Source: Camelus dromedarius
Lineage: Eukaryota
Assembly: GCF_036321535.1 (NCBI RefSeq)
Contig: NC_087436.1
Location: 15,810,001-15,874,000 of the forward strand
Length of the DNA: 64,000 nucleotides
Reading direction: 5' to 3'
In this document: one piece after another, positions 1 to 13,127 of the stretch
Layout of the letters: each line of letters starts with the position of its first letter
How positions within the stretch are numbered: the first letter of the stretch is position 1
Notes under the pieces: generated by a model
What the model saw: only the letters and a program-made list of their open reading frames with translations
The model's database searches: none
What the model was told of the DNA's origin: nothing
Position numbers and translations under genes: made by a program

Positions 1-239
1 TAAATTACGTAAAACATAAAGAATTTAGAGTTATCATTGAGATATTTTTTCCTTTGTTAATCATTTCATTTAGCAAATATTTTCTGAACATAAAACATGA
101 GTAACGTGACACTCTGAAGAATATAAAGATAAATTGAACATTAATCTCATGACTCCAGTACTTAGAGATTATTAGGGTGATCAGACACATTTGTGACCTT
201 AATACAAGGCAGTAAGGATACGTGACTTAAGAAAGCTGC

Positions 240-800
240 TGTCAGCCAGAGTGAACTTTTTTTTAAAAGTAAACTGGGTCATGTCATGTGTCTGCTTAAA
301 ACTTTCACTGGATCGTCATCGAATTTATTTTTATTTTAATTAAATAATTTTTTATTAGGATATAATCCACATATCATAAAATTCACTTTTTAAAGTGTAC
401 AACTCATTAAAGTTGTGTAGATATTTAAATAAAATCCAAACCCTTAACAATGGCCAATAGCTTTGTGTAATCTGGCTCTTGCCTGCACCTCTCCAATTTA
501 TTTCCTGACACATTTGCCTTTGCAGTTGATGTTGACTTAACCTAGAATCCTGGAGTGCTTTTTCTGCTGGCATTTAACACAGCTGGCTCATCTTGGGGGT
601 CTCAACTGAAATGATACCTCTGCAGAGAAATTTTTTCTGAAACAGTCTCCAAAATAGCCCTCCCATCTTACCCGACTACTCTTTGTCATATCACAAAATA
701 TTGATTTTCTTCATTGAATTTACTTACAATCTGTAAATGGTTATATATTACTTATTGTTAGAATATAAATTTCATGAAACAGAGATTTTGTTTGTTTGTT
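240..800. mobile_element. L2 LINE fragments interrupted by a short L1 3' end (about 325-420)
   Basis: Degenerate L2-like 3' motifs; T-rich tail plus gatataatccacatatcataaaattcac, typical of old L1M ends. Confidence 0.5.
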
Positions 801-829
801 TTAGCTCTCTTTATTCAAAAAAATTTCCC

Positions 830-2600
830 AACTTTTTATTTTTAAAAATTTCAAACCTAAAGAGAAGTTAAAAGAATAGTACAGTGAACACCTATATACA
901 CTTTACCCAATTTTCGATTATTAACATTTTATCACACTTGCCTTACTTCTCTCTTTATGTGCGTATGTGTACTCCTATTTTTCTGAACCATTTGAAAGTT
1001 GCAGATATCATACTTCACCACTAAGTAATTCACCCTGAATCTCCTAAGAACAAGAAATCTTTCCTGTGTAACAGCAATACCATTGTCGCTCTAAAATATT
1101 TAACATAGCTATAATACTATTAATATATGGTCTAAATTTTCCCCAATTATTTCTATTTTAACATTGAAATATAGTTGAATTATAATATTATATTCATTTC
1201 AGGTGTACAGCATAGTGATTCAGTATTTTTGCAGATTTTACTCCATTATGAGTTATCATAAGTTAATGGCTATAATTTCTTGTACTATACAGGATGTCCT
1301 TGTTGCTTATCTATTTTGTACATGATAGTTTGTTTTTGTTAATCCCATGTCCCTAGTTTATCCCTCCCCACTTCCCTCTCCCCTTTGTTAACCGTGTTTG
1401 TTTTCTAAACCTATGAGTCTGTTTCTGCTTTGGATATACATTCTTTTGTATTATTTTTTAGGTTCCACATATAAGTGATATCAGTAAGTATTTGTCTTTC
1501 TCTGTCTGACTTATTTCACTAAGCATAATATTGTCTAGGTCCATCCATGTTGCTGCTATTGGCAGAATTTCATTCTTTTTTATGGATGAGTAATATTCCA
1601 TTGTGTGTGTGTGTATATATATATATACACACCACATTTTTATCCATTCATCTATTCATGGGCACTTGGATTGCTTCCATGTCTTGGCTATTGTAAACAG
1701 TGCTTCTATGAATATTAGGGTGCATGCATCTTTTCAAATTATTGTTTTTGTTTTCTTTGGATATACACCCAGGAGTGGAATTGCTGGATCATGTGGTAGT
1801 TCTATTTTTAGCTTTTTGAGGGACCTTCATACTGTTTTCCATAGTGGCTGTACCAATTTACATTCCCACCAATAGTGTACAAGGGTTCACTTTTCTTCAC
1901 ATCCTCTCCAACATTTGTTATTTGTAGACTTTTTGATGATAGTCATTCTGACAGGTGTGAAGTGATGTCTCATTGTTTTTCCAATACTCTGTTAAATAGA
2001 AGTGGTGAGAGTGGTTGTCCTTGTCTTGTTTCTGAATTTAATGGAAAGGCTTTAGCTTTGCACCCTTTAGTATGATGTTGGCTGTGGGTTGGGCATAAGT
2101 AGATTTTATTATGTTCCAGTTGTTGCTTATGGCTTTTTCCCTGTTGAGGATCCAATTAAGGATCATCCATTGCATTTGATTAAGTCTTGTAAAGTGTACT
2201 TGTATGTACAAAAGTGTCCTCCTGCCTTTTTTTTAGTCTTTCATGACCTTAATATTTTTTTAAGAATCCAGCCCCTTGTCTTGTAGAATCTTCTACAACC
2301 TATCTGTGGCAAGAATACTGACATAGGTGATGATGTATTACATCAGACCAGGAGACACCTAACGTTACTTTGTGCTATTGTTGGTGATGCAAAGTTAGAT
2401 CACTTGGTTAAGATGGGTTTTATCAGATTGCTTCCTTGTAAAAATACCTTTACCCCTTGATAGTTAATATTGGTATTTTGAGAACATGTGAATATTTAAT
2501 TCTTCAACAACCTTTCACCCATTGGTTTTAGCATCCTTTCATAATTCTTGAACCATTTTACACTGGTAGTTGTAAAATAATGATTTTTTTCCCTAAGAAC
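830..2600 (-). mobile_element. Old L1MC-type 3' end split by a younger L1 (about 1155-2115)
   Basis: Outer aaaatttcaaacct...gaatagtacagtgaacacc motif; inner L1 3' UTR/ORF2 end; ORF 1970..2155 shows the RT motif AFPLNSETRQGQPLSPLLFN. Confidence 0.8.
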
Positions 2601-2793
2601 AGTCATCTTTACTGACCTCTTCACAGCTGTATCCTCAGTTCCTGTGCTTTGAATGAGGTGGGCACTGAGTAAATAATTGGTACATAAGTGGATGAAACTC
2701 CCTTCTATAGCATTAGTCAATCACAAATCCTGTCAAAATGGCAGCAAAATGATAGATTATTTTGGTATTAAGAATAGAATTTCAAAGTGCTTC

Positions 2794-5476
2794 TGTTGTT
2801 GAGCCCAAGTCCGTGTGCCTATGCACAGTGGGGCCAAACAGTTATGTTGGGGTTTGGAGCAAAGAAAGGTTTATTGCAGGGCCAAGCAAGGAGAACTGGA
2901 GACTTGTGCTCAAAAGACTTGAACTCCATGATGGTTTTCAGGGAAGGGTTTATAAAGGCAACATATGGAGTGAGGGCTGCAGGGTGCATGATTTTCTTCT
3001 GATTAGTTGATGGTGAGGTAACAGGGTAGTGTTCCTGGAATCTCAATCATCAACCTTTTGTTTCCAACCATTCTGGGGTTTCAGCATATAGTTACCATCC
3101 TCCACCAGGGTAGGGGGCCTTAGCTCCTGCAGAACTCAAAGATATGTATCAGATATATATATGTCCCTTTAGGAGGAACTAGGACTCTGTTTTATCACTG
3201 AACTATCGTTTCTTTTTTTTACTTTTTTTTTTAAATTGAAGTATAGTCAGTTATAATGTGTCAGTTTCTGGTGTACAGCATAATGTCCCAGTCATGCATA
3301 AATATATACATATATTCTTTTTCATTAAAGGTTATTACCAGATATTGAATATAGTTCCCTGTGCTATACAGAAGAAATTTTTTAAAATATATTTTTATAT
3401 ATAATAGTTAACATTTGTAAATCTTAAACTCCCAAATTTATCCCTTCTCACCCCTTTTTCCCTGGTAACCATAAAATTGTTTACTATGTTTGCGAGTCTT
3501 TCTGTTTCATGGATGAGTTCAAAAGTGTTCTGTTTTTTCTTTCTTTCCTTTTTTTTTTTTTCAGATTGCACGTACGAGTGGTATCATAGGGTATTTTTCT
3601 TTCTCTTTCTGGCTTACTTCATTTAGAATGACAGTCTTCTCCAGGCCCATCCATGTTGCTACAAATGGCATTATTTTATTCTTTTTTCTGGCTGAGTAGT
3701 ATTCCATTGTATAAATATACCACAATTTCTTTATCCAGTCATCTGTCAATGGACATTTAAGTTGTTTCCATGTCTTGGATATTGTAAATAGTGCTGCTTT
3801 GAACATTGGGGTGCATGTATCTTTTCAAATTAGAGTTCCCTCTGGATATATGCCCAGGAATGGGATTGCTGGATCATATGGTAAGACTATTTTTAGCTTT
3901 TTGAGGAATCTCCATGCTGTTTTCTGTAATGGCCACACCAAACTACATTCCCACCAGCAATGTAGGAGAGTTCCCTTTTCTCCATAGCTTCTACAGCATT
4001 AATTGTTTGTAGACTTTTGAATGATGGACATTTTGACTAGTGTGAGGTGATACCTCATTGTAGCTTTGATTTGCGTTTCTCTGATAATTAGTGATATTGA
4101 GCATTTTTTCACGTGCCTGTTTGCTATTTGTATGTCTTCACTGGATAATTGCTTGTTTAGGTCTTCTGCCCATTTTTGGATTGAGTTGTATTTTTCTGGT
4201 TTTGTTGTTATTAAGTTGTATGAGCTATTTATATATTCTGGAAATTAAACCTTTGTCAGTCACATCATTTGCAAATATTTTCTCCTATTCTGCAGGTTGT
4301 CGTTTTGTTTTGCTTATGGTTTCCTTTCCTGTGCAAAAGCTTGTAAGTTTAATTAGGGCCCATTTATTTTGCTTTTATTTCTATTGCCTGGGTAGACTGC
4401 CCTAGGAGAACATTGCTAAGATTTATGTCAGATAGTGTTTTGCTTATGTTTTCTTCTAGGAGGTTTATCGTGTCCTGTCTCATATTTAAGTCTTTAAGCC
4501 ATTTTGAGTTTATTTTTGTGTATGGTGTGAAGGAGTGTTCCACCTTCATTGATTTTTGTGTGGCTGTCCAGTTTTCCCAACACCGTTTGCTAAAGAGACT
4601 GTCTTTTCTCCATTGTACATTCTTGCCTCCTTTGTTGAAGATCAATTGACCATTGGTCTGTGGGTTTATTTTTGGGTTCTGTTCCATTAATCCATGTGCC
4701 TGTTTTTTGTGCCAATACCCCTGTTTTGATTACTGTAGCTCTGAAGTCTGGGAGGATTATTCCCCCAGCTTTGTTCTTTTTTTTAAATATTGCTTTGGCA
4801 ATTCTGGGTCTTTGGTGATTCCATATAAATTTTAGGATTATTAGTTCTAGTTCTGTGAAAAATGTCCTAGGTAATTTGATAGGGATCACATTAAATCAGT
4901 AGATTGCATTGGGCAGTATTGCCATTTTAACAATATTAATTCTTACAATCCAAGAGCATGGAATCTCTTTCCATTTCTTTAAGTCATCTTTAATTTCCTT
5001 AATCAATGTTTTGTAGTACTTCATGTATAAGTCTTTCACCTCCTTGGTCAGATTTATTCCTCCATATTTTATTGTTTTGGAAGTGATTTTAAAAGGGATT
5101 GTTTCTTTACTTTCTTTTCCTGCTAATTCATTGTTAGTGTAAAGAAATGCAACTGATTACTGTATGTTAATCTTTTCCTTTGTTTCTGCATTCCCTCACT
5201 TCCCTAATTAGTATCTGCTTGAATCTGCTCTTTGGAACTCAGGGAAGGCCTAGGAGACAAAAGCCTTTTTATACAAACTAGAAACAGGTGGCATGGAGGG
5301 GCTTTTGTACTAGGGGGGCCCTGCAATGTCCTACTTGATTTCAATCCCCCTTTTTCTTTGATACTCTTCAGTTCTGAGGGTAACAGATGTGGGACAAGAA
5401 AGGGAATAAATTTTTGGATAGAGAGGTTAATCATAAACTCAGCAGAGAAACTCAGTATTAGGGGGACTCGGTTTCA
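2794..5476 (-). mobile_element. ERV1-class solo LTR split by an L1 insertion
   Basis: TG...CA termini; perfect 4-bp TSD CTTC (2790-2793, 5477-5480); minus-strand AATAAA at 2870-2875. Confidence 0.85.
3213..5174 (-). mobile_element. 5'-truncated lineage-specific L1, about 2 kb, with disrupted ORF2 C-terminus
   Basis: Poly-T at 3213-3232; ORF2-like frames 4590..4889 ([14 protein letters not shown]), 4364..4687 ([13 protein letters not shown]) and 3561..3806 ([14 protein letters not shown]). Confidence 0.95.
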
Positions 5477-5516
5477 CTTCTGAGTGAACCATTCACTGAG
5501 TGGCTATTCACTGGAT

Positions 5517-6026
5517 CAGGGTTCAGCAAACTATGGGCCACAGGCCAAATCTGGTCTGCCACCTGTTTTATTATGGCCTACAAGCTAAAAATGGTTTTTA
5601 TATTTTTAGATCATTAAAAAAACTTAAAGGCGGGAGGGTACAGCTCAGTGGAAGAGTACATGCCTAGCATGCATGAGGTCCTGGGTTCAGTCCCTGGTGC
5701 CTCCATTAAATAAACAAACAAACTAACACACCTAATTACTTTCCTGCCCCTTTCCAAAAACAACAACAAAAATTTATTTTAAAGTTTTTTAAAAAAGTAA
5801 AAAATCAAAAGAAGTATAATGTATCATGACTTGAAAATTATATGAAATTCAAATTTCAGTGTTCATGAATAAAGTTTTGTTGGAACACAGTCACTCTCAC
5901 TGGTTTAGGTAGCATCTATGGCTGTTTTCTCACTATTATGGCAGAGTTGAGTTTTTGAGACAGAGATCAAATGATCTTCAAAGTCTAAGGTTTTTATTGA
6001 CTTTATTAAAAGTGTGCTGATTAATG
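5517..6026. mobile_element. MER58B-like hAT-Charlie MITE interrupted by a SINE
   Basis: cagggttcagcaaactatgggcc start; aataaagttttgttggaacacag core; degenerate 8-bp TSD CACTGGAT/CATTAGAT. Confidence 0.85.
5629..5775 (+). mobile_element. tRNA-Ala-derived SINE (Vic-1 type, long tail)
   Basis: A box agctcagtgg, B-box-like ggttcagtccc, cctaattac extension and A-rich tail. Confidence 0.9.
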
Positions 6027-7349
6027 CATTAGATCTTAAACTTTTTGAGGGCACAATGTTTTGCACATAAAAGGCATTCAATTCATGTTTGTTGGATTAA
6101 ATTGAAACTCTGAAGTCTCTTGATTTAAGTTTTCTGACTTAAAATTCCCTTTCTGGATCTATATAACTGCTATCCATTAGGTAGTATCTAGTATGAATAG
6201 GTAGTATCTTAGTATGAAAAGAACTTTTAGTATTTATTAAAGTTTGTTTATCCCTTACAGACTAATAAGGGGAATCATACATTTACCTACCTGTACCACT
6301 AGGCTGAATGTGTTAAGTGCCATCAGAAAGCTTATATGTTACCAGCTTCAGGGCAAAACAGAACATATTAAGCTGGAGCAATAGGGAAAAGACCTCTTGT
6401 ACTTGACATTGGACCCTCAGGTCATATGGAAAGACCAAGAACAAAATCCTGCAAACGGGAAGTCACTGTATACAAAGAGGAAGCTGTGATGTGGCTGGCT
6501 TGCCTGGAGCATAGCCTTGTGTCTAGAAGGTGTTGGGCTGGACTGGAGTTCAGCCTTTAAGCAGAAATAGGGAGGGTCTATACCATCTTCCAGCCATTTA
6601 TCACTACCCGCTCAGTATCAAGGCTACAGTAATCTGGCATTTCCTTATCACTTAACTAAGATAGTTCTAGTTCTATTGATGGTCTCAGCTAACCACCAGG
6701 AAAACCAAAGGGCTTTGATCAGCCCTCTTCCTTCCCTACCTGTCTGCATTCAACAATTTAATCTTCCTTCTTTCTTGAAACTTTCCTCTCCAACTCATTC
6801 TGATGGTAGCTGTACTCCCCCCTCTGGTCCATTTTCTGTTGACAGAGAACAGACAAGGGCTCCAATCAGAATATGGCTGTCAATGGGAAACAGGTCCTAC
6901 AACAGATTCTATTTTCAACTTTTTTCATTTCAACACAAACTTTTATGGAAAATGTACTACATCCAAGACACCATTCCAGGTGTTGTAAGGGGGAAAAGAT
7001 TCGCACAATGTTACATCTTGTGGAGGAGAGCTTGGTAAACAAGTAATTAAAACTCAAAGCAGAAAAAGGTAAAGGTTGATAAGGAGCATAAAGAAGCATT
7101 CTGTGTATGTGAAAAGGAAGGGCAATTAAAAGTGACCTTGAAGATAAGAATCATTCATATCTTTCTAAGGATGAGGGTGTTTATTACCAATGCTCTGGTA
7201 GTTAAGAAAAAAACTTAAGTTATAAAGTTTGTGGACTTCTAAAAGAAAAATTGGTTTTCTGATTATTTCTTCATTATAAATATTAAAACTTTCTTTTAAA
7301 AGTGATTACTATTATTCTAGCAGGAATCCTTTTTTCACTTGGTCCTTAA

Positions 7350-8223
7350 TGTTGCAGGAAAATGGGGAGCTAGAGGATGGCCATGTCCCAGGTCCCAGTC
7401 ACTCTGCTCGCCGCACGACAGGCCAATAAATCGGGAGACAAGGTGTCGGGGCAAGGAATAGCGACTTTATTTGGAAAGCCGGCAGACCCGGAGGATGGCA
7501 GACTAATGTCTTGGAGAACCATCCTGCTCTAGTCAGAATACAGGCTCCTTTTATACAAAAAATAAGGGAGGGGGAGGGAAAATAAGGGAGGGAGTGTGGT
7601 TGATTGTTGTAATCTTCTTGCTGCAGGCATTCTTTGTTCTTGCAGCCATCCCCATGGGCTAGGTCATGGTGTCCCTGTAAACCTCCAACAAAACAAAGGT
7701 TATTCTCTACTTCACCAGGTGAGTCCCTGGGACATGCCTCATCAAGTGAGGGTTCTTGGCTTTGTGCAGCAAAGAATTCAAGAACGAGCCATGGTAAGGT
7801 GAAAGCGAGTTTATTCATGGAGATAAGTCAGAGTGCAGGCCGTCTGAAAAGGCAAGAGAGAAAGAGGCAGCAGGCAAGAGGTGGCCCCTTGGCATGAGGT
7901 TTTCTTGGGAAGTGAGATCGGGCATGAGGTGTGGGGGGTGGGTAGTTTTTATGGGCTCGGTAACTTCATATGCTCACAAATGGGAGGATTATTCCAGCTA
8001 TGTTGGGGAAGGGGCAGGGATTTCCAGGAATTGGTCCCCTGCCCACTTTTTGGCCTTTTATGGCTAGCATTGGAACTGTCATGGCACCCGTGGGTGTGCC
8101 ATGAGGCTCAAGGTCTACTGGAAGTCGAATCTTCCACCATCTTTGTTCTAACCAGTTAACTTATCCTCAATTGCTGTATCATTCTTTTAATGGTTGTGTC
8201 CTGCCCCCTTCCCTCTTGTCTCA
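7350..8223 (-). mobile_element. ERV1-like solo LTR (outer), inserted in a MIR
   Basis: TG...CA termini; gggttcttggct...aaagaattcaag motif; minus-strand AATAAA near 7810; MIR-like sequence on both flanks (to about 8300). Confidence 0.75.
7384..7714 (-). mobile_element. Second solo LTR nested in the outer LTR
   Basis: TG...CA termini flanked by a CCA direct repeat; its own minus-strand TATA-like (near 7550) and AATAAA (near 7467) signals. Confidence 0.75.
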
Positions 8224-9864
8224 CCTAGAACAATTCCATTTGTAGATATTATTAGCTCTGTTTTACAGACGAAGTAAATGAGCCTCAGGAATTAAATAAG
8301 AATGTAGGAAACTGGCCTCAGATAGAATTAAACTGTCTTTTCCTCAGTATTTGAAGTGAATTCTTTAGGGAACTAGAGGCAGAATATCTATTTACATATA
8401 CTCCTTTTGTTTTCTACTAAATCAGGGAGCTACATGCCAGCACTTAAATTGACTGTATTCAGGGGCCCCCAGATTCAGTACCTTTCATTTAACCCAGGAG
8501 ACTCATTTTCTTCATTGTCAAAGTGGCCTAGCAGCTGGTCTGGTACATGGGGACCTAACTCTTTCAATCCAAGGGAGTACAATAGAGTCTGTGCTGTTTG
8601 TATGAACAGTGCTGCTGTCTAGAGCTCTATCTACATGGCAGTTCTTAAATAGTTAAAAAAGTGAAAAGAGTATTACTGGTTTTCACAGCCCCCCAAATTC
8701 AATTTCCACATTGGGAAATCCAAAGATTGAGGTTATTTCGTATGTTCTGTTTTTTGCTAAAACTAGGGCAATCAGCCATCTTCAGGCAGTCAAACCAGTT
8801 TGATGGGTACCCCTCCCACTTCCCCCATCAGAAACAGGCCTCAGACAGTAGTGCTCATTGGCTGATGGTTACAGTTGGATCGACAGGTGCAGCCATGAAA
8901 AAAAGGAAAAAAGAAAAAAAAGAACTTTGCAAGCTCCACAAAGAGATTTTGTAAATAGACATGAAGTCTATGTAAACATAGTACCTGTACTTTTTCTAGC
9001 TGGCACCCTGGGAACCCAGCATAACGAGATCACAGTAGACAACCTGCCATTGACAAAACAGAGGGTTTTTTAGGGTGTGGAGGTGGAGTAGAAAGGGTAT
9101 CTGGTTGCTCCTGCTTTTGTCCAAAAAACTCTTCCAGCCAAATTTTCAATTCAAATAGTTCACATGTAGGAACCCTGAAGAATTTTCGGTGATTTAAAAA
9201 AAAGAAAAAAAAAGACCAAGACCTGCGTGAGAACTCAATTTACTACAAAGGAATCAGAGTAACTCTTTCTTGACAAAGGAGCAAAAAAGCTCTGTTAAGG
9301 TTGGAAACCTGGTCCTGTCTGTAGTCTGTGAGCAGTTGGGGGAAGTGCCAGAAGGGAGTGTAGGATGAAGGGGCTGTTGTATTAGGCAGAACGGAATTCA
9401 GGAACTGGGTTGGTTCCCCTTCCCAGATGCTGCGTGAACTTTGCTCAGCCTTCTCTCCGTTCACTCCCTGCAAGAAAGCGGCTGCTGAGCGGGTAGAGCA
9501 AGAGTTTATACCCGTTTGTCGTGTTTAGTCTTAGATTATTTGTGATATATTTTAACAAATTAGCGGTTTATGTGCTTTGGATTTTTCTGGGAAAAAAAAA
9601 GCAGTTAAGTAGTTTTGCTTTATGGATTCCTAATGGTCTGAGTGAGCAAAGACAGACCTGCTCTCAAGAGTTACCTCTTTGGGTCCAAAAAACTAATAAA
9701 ATTTGTGGCTGAATCAAAGATTACATATGCATGGTCCAAATGCCAACCAGACTAGCTGGTAAACAGAAGAGTAGATAGCTATATTGATCAGAAAAGTGTT
9801 CAAAAAGTGTTTTTTTCAAAAAAATTAAAAATAACATCATTTAACAAAAACATATGCTTTAATT

Positions 9865-10095
9865 ATTGTTATAATGGCTTACATTTATTGAGCACTCATT
9901 GCTTTTGGGGTACTGTGTTAAGTACTTTATCTGTAATCCTTACAATGGGAAGTATTATTATAGTCCTTTTATAGATAAGGAAACTGAAACTTCAATAATT
10001 TGTTCCATAATTTCTCAAGAGCACATAGCCAGTAAGTTATGGAACTAGAGTTTAAACCAAATGTGTTCAGTGTCAAAGCCTGTGCACTTAACTAG
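9865..10095. mobile_element. MIR SINE
   Basis: catttattgagcact...tttatagataaggaaactga core. Confidence 0.75.
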
Positions 10096-10719
10096 AGAAG
10101 AGTTTTACAGGGTTCATAATAGCAAAACATTAGAAACAACTTGAATGTAAATAGTAGAAGCCTGGTTAAAGTATGGCCTAATCAACAACATAACAATAAA
10201 TAGTTATTTTTAATGTCACATTTAAAAGACGAGTGACATGGAAAATGTTAATGATATATATTATATCTAAGTGAAAAAATAAACAGGCTGTAAGAAGTAC
10301 GTTTCGCCTGATCTCAATTTTGTACTACACATCTATTTCTGTGAATAATACACACACCAAGTGTCAGAGATGTATGCGTATTATAATTATGGGTATAATT
10401 TTTTTTTCATTTTTGAACTTTTCTACATTTTCCAAACTTTCTTCAGTTAGCTTGTATAACTTTTTAAAGTATGTAAGACCCTTCAATGTTATTTAAAGTA
10501 GAAGAAAGAATATAGTAAGAGGAATAATAAATGTACTACCATCAATTTTGTGACAGATAACGAAATTTCGTGGGGAAGAAGGGTGGGGAGAATTGAACAT
10601 TTGAAAGTAGCTGTGACACAAATGCACATTCTTTCACAGGTGCAGCCATCAGTGCAGGTATGTCTCATAATTTTCCATTAGCTAATATCATATTAACCAG
10701 GGTCATGAGTAAGCACAAT

Positions 10720-11280
10720 CATATTTGATCATTTTCCTCCTTCTTGAATTGCTTTCCTCCCTTGGCTTCCATGACTCCTATTTTCCGTCTACCTTATTGA
10801 CCTCCCCTTTCTCAATCTCCTTTGCTTCAGCTCCCTTTTTCATTTCAAAGAGCCCCAGCTTTGGCCTTGGGTCTCCTCTTCACCATCTACTCAGAGGGGA
10901 AAAAAAACAAAAATAAAATACCAAAATACCTTCAGGAGCCACACTAGTAACAAGTGAGCCAAGCAAATCCTTGATTTCACTGCCAGCTGTTCCCCAAGCC
11001 CAACTCCAGTCACCTCCACCTCAGTCAATAGCACATTGACCAATTGCACAAGTCAAAATGCAGGCCATCTTTTGCTGCTGGCTCTTCCTCATCTGCACCC
11101 ACACGCGTCCAGTGCATCAGCAAATCCTGCCGGTTCTATTTTTAAACCATATCTTGATTCTTTTTCTTTCCCCTTTCAGCCTCCATCCTGCTTAGGCTAC
11201 TTAAGTGTTACCCTAAGTAGTCTCTTTGCTTTCACTCTTGCCTGGCCACTGTACATTCTTCACGCACAGCCAGTCATGCA
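10720..11280. mobile_element. L2 fragments
   Basis: ctcccttggcttccatgac and cagcaaatcctgccggttcta are L2-like motifs. Confidence 0.55.
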
Positions 11281-12389
11281 AATCTCTGGATTTGGAATTG
11301 AAAACTCAGAAGACGTGGCTCTGGTCTTCTTTCATTCTTCCTATTGAAAAGGTAAGATTTACCTAGCTTGACTGAATTATCACAATTCAGAATTAATGTA
11401 CTAGTACTAAAAAATAGTGAATTCACTTTGGTTTCTTAGCAGTCAAATATTTGGGAACATAAGAAAAAACCAACAAAATGTATTTGCCCGGTTGTTCTGC
11501 TCACTTTGTACTCTACCACCTTGCTTAACAATGGTTGAGAGAGCACTGAAAAAAAGGAAAATTATATTCTATTCTTAATTCTCATCCATCTGTAAAGAAC
11601 AAAACAGAAGGCTGACATAAATGTGTATTATAGCCTGGGGGTGGCTTACCAAACTTGTTTTCGCTTAAGTTCATCTTACCTCATTTTTCCAAGAACTCAG
11701 TTCAGTTTTTTTTTTTTTTTTTTTTTTTGCCTTCTGAGCTTCTACAACTATGACTCATGGAACTAGAACTAGCTCACTACTGCTTTGTGTTACTTTCTGT
11801 GTGAGATTTTTCTTAACTGCTTAAAATGACATAAGCAAAATACATTTTTTTCCCTAAAGCTTAAAGACGTAAATGTTAAACTGTCTAACAACTTCCCATT
11901 AAAAGAAATTGGATTTAGCAGAGGAATAGAGACTTTCTAATTTTACTGTACAAAGTAAAATAATTTTCCCCAGTTATTTCTTCTATAGCCGTTGATCACA
12001 GAACTTTCAGTACTCTTGTTTAGATCCTGGAAATTAAAGTACATTTTCCTAAATGCTAACTTCTTACCACATTTTGCTTTCGAAATAAACTATTTTGAAG
12101 TTGACACTATTTCTGTCATGTCTTTAACATGAAATCTAGCAATTGTCTGTTTTTACACAGAACTCTAGATTCTTCTCCCTTCTGATTTAAAAGACTGTTG
12201 CTTTTGGAATAGAAATATATAGTCTAAACTGTCTAGATTTAGGGACATTGTAGCTTGTTTCCAATACTCTGAGTGACCTTGAAATCTTTATACAGGTTAT
12301 TTTTAATTAACATTAAACTTATGCATATGTCATCAAAGGAGTATTATGAAATTAAATAAAAATTAGTTTGGTGTTTGTAAACCTTGGCC

Positions 12390-12510
12390 CTACCAGGGAA
12401 GCTTTAAAAAATATTGATGCCTAGGTCGTACTCAAGATTCTGATTTAATTGGCCTGGGCATTGGAAAGATTCCAGGTGATTCTAGAGAATGGCCAATGTT
12501 AAGACCCACA
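12390..12510. mobile_element. MER5-like hAT remnant
   Basis: agattctgatttaattgg...ccaggtgattct motif. Confidence 0.6.
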
Positions 12511-12690
12511 GAATTAGGCAATTATAGCTCCAAGATGTCATTTTTTATGTTTGAGGCTAGCTGCATGTATGAAAAAGGTGGCAATATATTTTTCTTTCCC
12601 TGCCTGCCTGCCTGCCTTCCTCCTTTCCTTCTTCCCTCCCCCCACTCCCTCCTCTCTCCCTTTCTTTATTTCTTTCCTTCTTTCTTTCTT

Positions 12691-13127
12691 CTTAGTGATT
12701 TAAAACAATGCAAATTTATAGTTCTAAAGGTCAGAATTCCAAAATGGGTTTCACTGGGCTAAAATCAAAGTATTGGCAGGGCTGCATTCGTTCTGGAGAC
12801 TACAGGTGAAAATCTGTTTTGCTACATTTTCCAGCTTCTAGAGGTTGCCTGAATTCCTTGGCCTGTGGCCTCTTCCTCTATCTTCAAAAGCATCAGTGTA
12901 GCATCTTCAAAACTCTCCCTGACTCTATCCTTTTCTGTCTCCCTCTTTCACTCCTAGGGACCTTTGTTATGACACTGAACTCACCTGTTTACTGCAGGAT
13001 AATCTCCCATCTCAAGATCTTTAATCTAATCATCGGTAAAGTCCTTTTCCCATGTGACTTAATACATTGACATGGTTCCGGGGATTCGGATGTGGACATC
13101 TTTACAGGGCATTCTGCTGCTACCGCA
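12691..13127 (-). mobile_element. MLT1 (ERVL-MaLR) LTR, MLT1C-like
   Basis: ttccagcttctagagg, ggataatctcccatctcaagatc and ggggattcggatgtggacatcttt motifs. Confidence 0.85.

Noticed and set aside
3561..4889. Reverse-transcriptase/ORF2-like ORFs as a functional gene
   Set aside because: Frameshifted fragments of a 5'-truncated L1.
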